Notes under the pieces: generated by a model
Told to the model about the DNA's origin: nothing
The model's database searches: none
Seen by the model: only the letters and a program-made list of their open reading frames with translations
Position numbers and translations under genes: made by a program
In this document: positions 58,817 through 64,000 of the stretch, piece by piece
How positions within the stretch are numbered: the first letter of the stretch is position 1
Layout: the number at the start of each line of letters is the position of its first letter
From: Terriglobia bacterium
Lineage (GTDB): Bacteria; Acidobacteriota; Terriglobia; Terriglobales; Acidobacteriaceae
Direction of reading: 5' to 3'
Length of the DNA: 64,000 nucleotides
NCBI GenBank assembly: GCA_963840615.1
Contig: CAWJAA010000045.1
Location: forward strand, 12,544 to 76,543

Positions 58817-59179
58817 ATGGAACCGATTGTCTTGAAGCAAAATCTTGCCAAAGAATTCTTGACGCCTGAGCGTTGTTTTATCTTCGAGAGTTTGAACGCC
58901 GGCAACGATTGTCTGTCGGTGGCGCGGGCGCGCGTGCAGCCGAAAGTCACAACCAAGTGGCATTCTGTGGAGGGTACGGAGGAACGCTACATCATCGCCG
59001 AGGGGCACGGGCGAGTCGAGGTCGGCGACTTGAAACCGGAAGAGGTTGGGCCGGGAGACGTGGTCCTGATTCCCGCAGGCGTGCGACAAAGAATCGCGAA
59101 CATCGGGGATGGGGATTTGATTTTCTATTGTGTGTGCACGCCGCCGTTTGAGCAGGCGAGGTACCGCGAACTGGAGTAG
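58817..59179 (+). CDS. cupin-domain protein
   Basis: 120 aa with ..KWHSVEGTEERYIIAEGHGRVEVGD......GDVVLIPAGVRQRI.N.G, the classic two-motif cupin barrel. Confidence 0.75.
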   Translation: MEPIVLKQNLAKEFLTPERCFIFESLNAGNDCLSVARARVQPKVTTKWHSVEGTEERYIIAEGHGRVEVGDLKPEEVGPGDVVLIPAGVRQRIANIGDGDLIFYCVCTPPFEQARYRELE

Positions 59180-59200
59180 GCCGGGAAAATTCTGAGAGGT

Positions 59201-59545
59201 TCAGGGGCGGCGCGCTGGCGCCGGTCCGGGCGGCAGGATCTCAGGCTCGCGAGCGGAGAGCCGCTGATGGGTGACAAAAAGAACCGCGGCGGTCCAGGTG
59301 GGGAACAGGTCGAAGCCGGGGAGAAGTTCGGCGAAGAACGAAGGCAGAAAGGCCCAGTGCCATCCCAGCAACCGGATCAGCACTGCACCCACGATGAAAT
59401 CCACAACTACGTCGGCGGGTGACAGGCCTCCGGCGGCGAAAAGCGGGAGGGCCGCGATCTGCAGGGTGTCGGCGGCCAGGGCTACGATCCAGGCGGTGCG
59501 CAGCTCCGGAGATTTGAGCGACCTGAAATAGTCGAGGAACTTCAT
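59201..59545 (-). CDS. small integral membrane hypothetical protein
   Basis: 114 aa with 3 predicted TM helices (..WIVALAADTLQIAALPLFAAG.., ..VVDFIVGAVLIRLLGW..). Confidence 0.5.
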   Translation of the reverse strand: MKFLDYFRSLKSPELRTAWIVALAADTLQIAALPLFAAGGLSPADVVVDFIVGAVLIRLLGWHWAFLPSFFAELLPGFDLFPTWTAAVLFVTHQRLSAREPEILPPGPAPARRP

Positions 59546-59724
59546 CGAGGGCTTTCCCCTCGTAAAATCTTAGTCTCTAATTTGGATGCCCACAATCGCG
59601 GGCCGTAGGGACCTGTTCTGACGACATTACCGGGCGGGGTTTGGGTAGCATAGACAAACTACCCCTGAAGCAAATACTCTCAGTTCCCGGTGAAACCGGC
59701 AGTTCTGGTTTCCCCCGCGACACC

Positions 59725-61140
59725 ATGGGAGCAGCAGACCAACTAACTGCGCAGCCGGTCCGGCAGCCACGGGCATTGCAGGCCTTGGCCATCGGCGGAT
59801 TGCTGGTGTTTGTGGCCGGTGGGCTGCTCCCGGTCCTGCTCTCTCCACATTCATGGATGACGGCGGTGCGTTGGGCTGGGCTGGCGGCGCTGTTGGCGTC
59901 CAGCGTGGGACGGCGTTCGCTGACTCGCTGGATCCTGGTGGCGATGCTGGTGGGTGGGGAGATTGGACTGGATCGCCCGCAGTTCGCCGAACACCTGCGG
60001 GTGTTCAGCGACATTTTTCTGCGCCTGATCAAGACGATTGTGGCTCCACTCATCTTTGGCACGCTGGTGACGGGAGTCGCGGGGCATGGCGACTTACGAG
60101 GGGTGGGACGGATCGGGCTGAAGAGCCTGATCTACTTTGAGCTGGTGACGACCGTGGCTCTGTTCCTCGGCGTCGGTGCGATCAATCTGAGCCGGGCGGG
60201 CGAGTCACTGCGGGGGATTCAAGTTATCGCGGCGCCTGTTCCGAACACCGCTCCGCTGCACTGGGACGATTTTCTGGTGCACATCTTTCCAGAGAACATT
60301 GCCAAGTCGGTGGCGGAGGGACAGATCCTGCAAGTCTCGGTGTTCGCCATTCTGTTCGGAATTGCCCTGGCGCGCATTCCCGAAGCCAAGCGCGCGGCCC
60401 TGCTCAAGTTCGCGGAGTCGCTGACCGAGACCATGTTCGCCTTCACCAATCTGGTGATGTACTACGCTCCGGTGGCCATTGGAGCGGCGATAGCGTACAC
60501 GGTCGGACACATGGGGATTTCGGTGCTGCTGCCGCTGGGGCGGTTGCTGCTGACTGGCTATTCGGCGCTGGCGGCCTTCTTGCTGCTGGTGTTGTTGCCG
60601 ATTGTCCTGATGACGCGGGTGCCACTGCTGCGGTTTTTGCGGGCCGTCGCGGAACCGGCGACGATTGCGTTCGCGACCAGTACTTCCGAAGCCGCGCTGC
60701 CTCGCGCCATGGAAGCCATGGAGGCATTCGGGGTTCCACGACGCATCGTGGCGTTCGTCATTCCCGCGGGCTACAGCTTCAACCTGGATGGATCGACCCT
60801 CTACCTGGCGCTGGCCTCGATTTTTGTAGCGCAAGCGGCGGGGATTCACATGACCTGGTCGCACCAGTTGTTCATGGTGTTCACGCTGATGATTACCAGT
60901 AAGGGCATTGCCGGCGTGCCACGCTCGACGCTGGTTGTGCTGATGGCGATGGCGGCCACGTTCCAACTGCCGGCGGAACCTATTTACATCATTCTAGGTA
61001 TTGATGCGCTTATGGATATGGCAAGGACTTCGGTGAACGTGATTGGAAATTGTCTGGCGTGTGCCGTAATCGCACGCTGGGAGGGAGAACTGGACACGAG
61101 TTCGGCGGTGTTGAGGATTCCCGAGGGCGGCACGCTGTAA
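59725..61140 (+). CDS. dicarboxylate/amino acid:cation symporter (DAACS family)
   Basis: ..FLRLIKTIVAPLIFGTLVTGVAG.., ..ATSTSEAALP.., ..IPAGYSFNLDGSTLY.. and ..DMARTSVNVIGN.. are hallmark GltP/DctA motifs. The start is uncertain (59641 or 59725). Confidence 0.85.
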   Translation: MGAADQLTAQPVRQPRALQALAIGGLLVFVAGGLLPVLLSPHSWMTAVRWAGLAALLASSVGRRSLTRWILVAMLVGGEIGLDRPQFAEHLRVFSDIFLRLIKTIVAPLIFGTLVTGVAGHGDLRGVGRIGLKSLIYFELVTTVALFLGVGAINLSRAGESLRGIQVIAAPVPNTAPLHWDDFLVHIFPENIAKSVAEGQILQVSVFAILFGIALARIPEAKRAALLKFAESLTETMFAFTNLVMYYAPVAIGAAIAYTVGHMGISVLLPLGRLLLTGYSALAAFLLLVLLPIVLMTRVPLLRFLRAVAEPATIAFATSTSEAALPRAMEAMEAFGVPRRIVAFVIPAGYSFNLDGSTLYLALASIFVAQAAGIHMTWSHQLFMVFTLMITSKGIAGVPRSTLVVLMAMAATFQLPAEPIYIILGIDALMDMARTSVNVIGNCLACAVIARWEGELDTSSAVLRIPEGGTL

Positions 61141-61238
61141 GGAAAAAGAGAGCATGGTCTTCACTCCGCCGCGGATGGGGAACGTCAAGAATCTGCCTTT
61201 TTCCACTAAACTAGTCAACAGAGTGGGGATCTGCCAAA

Positions 61239-64000
61239 TTGCACAAATCCAAGTGGTGTAGGCTCGGTCGCGCGCTTCTGATTTCTGGTCTGCTGATCGC
61301 GGTATCAGCGTTTGCCCAATCGCTTCCTGCGGACTATCTCAACGGGCTGAAATGGAGGTTGGTCGGGCCTTTTCGCGGGGGCCGAGCCGTGGCCGTTGCC
61401 GGCGTCGCGGGTGACTCGACCACTTTCTATTTCGGCTCGGTGAATGGTGGCGTCTGGAAAACCACTGACGCCGGCGTAGTCTGGAAGCCGATTTTCGGTG
61501 GCCAGGGCGCCGCTTCGATCGGCGCGCTCGCCGTCGCTCCGTCTGACCCAAAGACCATCTATGGGGGTACCGGCGAGAGCGATATCCGTTCGAGCCTGTC
61601 TTCGGGCAACGGTGTGTACAAATCCAATGATGGTGGGCAGACGTGGACGCACGTCGGGCTCGATGACACCCGCCAGATCAGTCGCATCGTGATCGACCCA
61701 CAAGATGCGAACGTCGTCTATGTCGGGGCCTTGGGGCACGCGTACGGGCCGAACCAGCAGCGCGGGGTGTTCAAGTCGGTGGACGGTGGAGCGCATTGGA
61801 CGAAGGTTCTGGATCAGGGACCGGAGACCGGAGTCTCGGACCTGGCGATTTGTTCGGGAAATCCGCAACTGTTGTTCGCGGCTACCTGGCACACGCGGCG
61901 TCCTCCGTGGAGCACATACGCGCCCATTGATGGGCCTGGTGGGGGCATTTATCGCAGCGAAGACGGCGGCACGACGTGGTCGAAACGGGAGGGCCACGGC
62001 TTGCCGGAAGGCGATTGGGGACGGGTTGGAGTAGCGGCAGCAGCGGATGGCCAGCGGGTTTATGCCCTCATCCAGGCAAAGGCTTCCGGACTCTACCGTT
62101 CGGACGATGGGGGCAACACCTGGATGCTGGAGAATGCCGATCCGCGGCTGACCAGCCGCGCCTGGTATTTCGGCAGCATTACGATTGATCCGCGCAACCG
62201 CGACGTGATCTACGTTCCGAATGTCGCTCTCTATCGCTCCGAGGACGGAGGGAAGACGATGTCGGTGGTACGCGGTGCGCCCGGTGGAGACGACTATCAC
62301 CAGATCTGGGTCGATCCCGGGAATTCGTCGAGCATGGTGCTGGGAACGGACCAGGGAACCACGATCAGCCTGAATCGCGGTCAGACGTGGAGTACCTGGT
62401 ACAACCAGCCCACGGCGCAGTTCTACCACGTAACCACTGACAATCAATTTCCCTACGTTCTCTATGGCACGCAGCAGGACAGCGGCAGCGCTGCGGTGCC
62501 GAGTCGCACCGACCACGCGCAGATTACGCCGCGGGATTGGTTTCCGGCGGGAGCCAGCGAAAGCGGATACATGGTGGTGGATCCGAACGATGCCAACATT
62601 ATTTATCTGACCAGCAGTTACGGCGGCGTCTCCCGCTTCAACCGGCGCACCGGGTTCAGTCAAGACGTGAGTCCGTGGCCGGTGGTGAGCTTCGGCAGCG
62701 AGATCAATGAACGCAAATATCGCGCGCCCTGGGCTCCGGTTCTGGTGCTTTCTCCGGCAGACTCCAAAACGCTTTATTTTGGGACACAGTACGTGATGAA
62801 GACCCTCGATGGCGGTTTGCACTGGGAGACGATCAGTCCGGACCTGACGGGAGCGGTTCGGCACAACGAGGATCAGAAAGGGCAAGGGACACCATCGCTC
62901 GAGAAGGCAAAGCGGGATGGCTATGGAGTTCTACTCACGATCGCGCCGTCTCCACTCAAGCAGGACGTGATCTGGGGCGGCAGCGATACCGGGTTGATTC
63001 ACATCACCCGGGATGGGGGGAAGACCTGGAAAGACGTGACGCCCCCGGGGCTGAGCGCTTGGAGCAGGATTGCGCTGATCGAGGCTTCGCATTTCGATCC
63101 GGCAGTTGCGTATGCAGCGGTGGAGCGCAGCCGCCTGGATGATCAAGCGCCGTATCTCTACCGCACGCGCGACTACGGCGCCAGTTGGGAGTTGATTACC
63201 AACGGAATTGCCGTCCCCGCGTTCTTACGCGCCGTTCGCGAGGATCCGCAGACGAGAGAGTTGCTGTTTGCCGGGACCGAATCTGGGGTGTATGCCTCGT
63301 TCGACGATGGCGATCACTGGCAATCGTTGCAATTGAATCTGCCGGTGACTTCGATTCGGGACCTGGTCATTCACGGGGACGATCTGGCCGTCGCGACCCA
63401 CGGGCGTGCTTTCTGGATTCTCGACAACATCACGCCGTTGCGTCAGGCGTCTGAGGCTCAGAAAGCGGAGGCTGTGTTGCTGTACCGTCCCGCGGTCGCA
63501 GTTCGCATTGATAACGACCTCTTCACGGGTACGCCGCTGCCGCCGGAGGAGTCGACTGCGGAAAATCCCGCAGATGGCGCTGTGATTGATTACTTGCTCA
63601 AGGCTCCTGCGCGCAACCTCACGTTGGAATTCTTTGACGCGGAGCAGCACCTGATCCGGCGGTTCAGTTCCGAGGATAAAGGGGCGGGAAAGCATGTGGC
63701 ACTTCCGGTCGCAGAGCGTTGGTTTCCCAAGCCGGAAGTGCTGCGGACGACCCCCGGCGTACATCGTTTCGTGTGGAATCTTAAGTGGAGCAGTTCGGGA
63801 GGCCCCAGCGCCGATGAAGATGCGGACTGGCGCAATCCCAGCGGCCCCAAGGTGGTGCCGGGAAATTATCAAGTTCGACTCACGGTGGATGGCAAAGCGC
63901 AGAATCAATGGTTAAAAGTCATCATGGATCCGCGCTCGGCGGCGACTCCAGAGATCCTGAAACAGCAACTGGAGTTGAGCCTGAAAATCTTTGAAGAAGC
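61239..64000 (+). CDS. secreted BNR/Asp-box repeat (sortilin/VPS10- or GH74-like beta-propeller) protein, 3' end beyond the window
   Basis: Not in the ORF track, because no stop occurs before the window edge. Frame is open from 61215. TTG 61239 gives the signal peptide HKSKWCRLGRALLISGLLIAVSAFAQS. Repeated S-x-D-x-G-x-T-W boxes (KSNDGGQTW, KSVDGGAHW, RSEDGGTTW, RSDDGGNTW, RSEDGGKTM, TRDGGKTW, FDDGDHW). Confidence 0.85.
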   Translation, partial: MHKSKWCRLGRALLISGLLIAVSAFAQSLPADYLNGLKWRLVGPFRGGRAVAVAGVAGDSTTFYFGSVNGGVWKTTDAGVVWKPIFGGQGAASIGALAVAPSDPKTIYGGTGESDIRSSLSSGNGVYKSNDGGQTWTHVGLDDTRQISRIVIDPQDANVVYVGALGHAYGPNQQRGVFKSVDGGAHWTKVLDQGPETGVSDLAICSGNPQLLFAATWHTRRPPWSTYAPIDGPGGGIYRSEDGGTTWSKREGHGLPEGDWGRVGVAAAADGQRVYALIQAKASGLYRSDDGGNTWMLENADPRLTSRAWYFGSITIDPRNRDVIYVPNVALYRSEDGGKTMSVVRGAPGGDDYHQIWVDPGNSSSMVLGTDQGTTISLNRGQTWSTWYNQPTAQFYHVTTDNQFPYVLYGTQQDSGSAAVPSRTDHAQITPRDWFPAGASESGYMVVDPNDANIIYLTSSYGGVSRFNRRTGFSQDVSPWPVVSFGSEINERKYRAPWAPVLVLSPADSKTLYFGTQYVMKTLDGGLHWETISPDLTGAVRHNEDQKGQGTPSLEKAKRDGYGVLLTIAPSPLKQDVIWGGSDTGLIHITRDGGKTWKDVTPPGLSAWSRIALIEASHFDPAVAYAAVERSRLDDQAPYLYRTRDYGASWELITNGIAVPAFLRAVREDPQTRELLFAGTESGVYASFDDGDHWQSLQLNLPVTSIRDLVIHGDDLAVATHGRAFWILDNITPLRQASEAQKAEAVLLYRPAVAVRIDNDLFTGTPLPPEESTAENPADGAVIDYLLKAPARNLTLEFFDAEQHLIRRFSSEDKGAGKHVALPVAERWFPKPEVLRTTPGVHRFVWNLKWSSSGGPSADEDADWRNPSGPKVVPGNYQVRLTVDGKAQNQWLKVIMDPRSAATPEILKQQLELSLKIFEE

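Overview
High-GC (roughly 60%) chromosomal segment whose gene content and repeats look like an Acidobacteriota (Terriglobia-like) genome. It is mostly core and envelope metabolism. I see no transposase, integrase, rRNA or CRISPR. Gene order: aroA 3' end; a ThiF/MoeB-like E1; an outer-membrane biogenesis cluster (bamA, surA-like, tamB-like, pcm) in which several genes look frameshifted; futalosine-pathway menaquinone genes (mqnP-like, mqnE-like, later a UbiD-type decarboxylase) interleaved with unrelated genes; two MacB/FtsX permeases; cupins; glycosylasparaginase; an MBL hydrolase; glpX; a B12-radical-SAM plus M15 peptidase pair; two DUF1111-type di-haem proteins; a DUF2844/DUF3443 pair; stand-alone nuoI; metH; an M48 peptidase; a Tat-exported flavin amine oxidoreductase; an ECF sigma plus Ser/Thr kinase pair with a FecR-like neighbour; a PAS-GGDEF-EAL protein; tRNA-Ser(CGA); tadA; an aldehyde dehydrogenase; a DAACS transporter; and a BNR/sortilin-like gene that runs off the right edge and is missing from the ORF track. 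The best candidate for an undescribed system is at 17.4-19.7 kb: an HPF/RaiA ribosome-hibernation domain fused to a complete ECF sigma factor, followed 26 nt later by a Zn-ribbon-containing eRF1/Pelota-like (baeRF-type) protein. Also notable are a 2.1-copy tandem array of a 193-bp palindromic unit capped by GNRA hairpins, and two short dispersed repeat families, one with an in-frame copy inside metH. Many long antisense ORFs in the track are GC-driven shadows. All functional calls come from reading motifs by eye; no searches were run.
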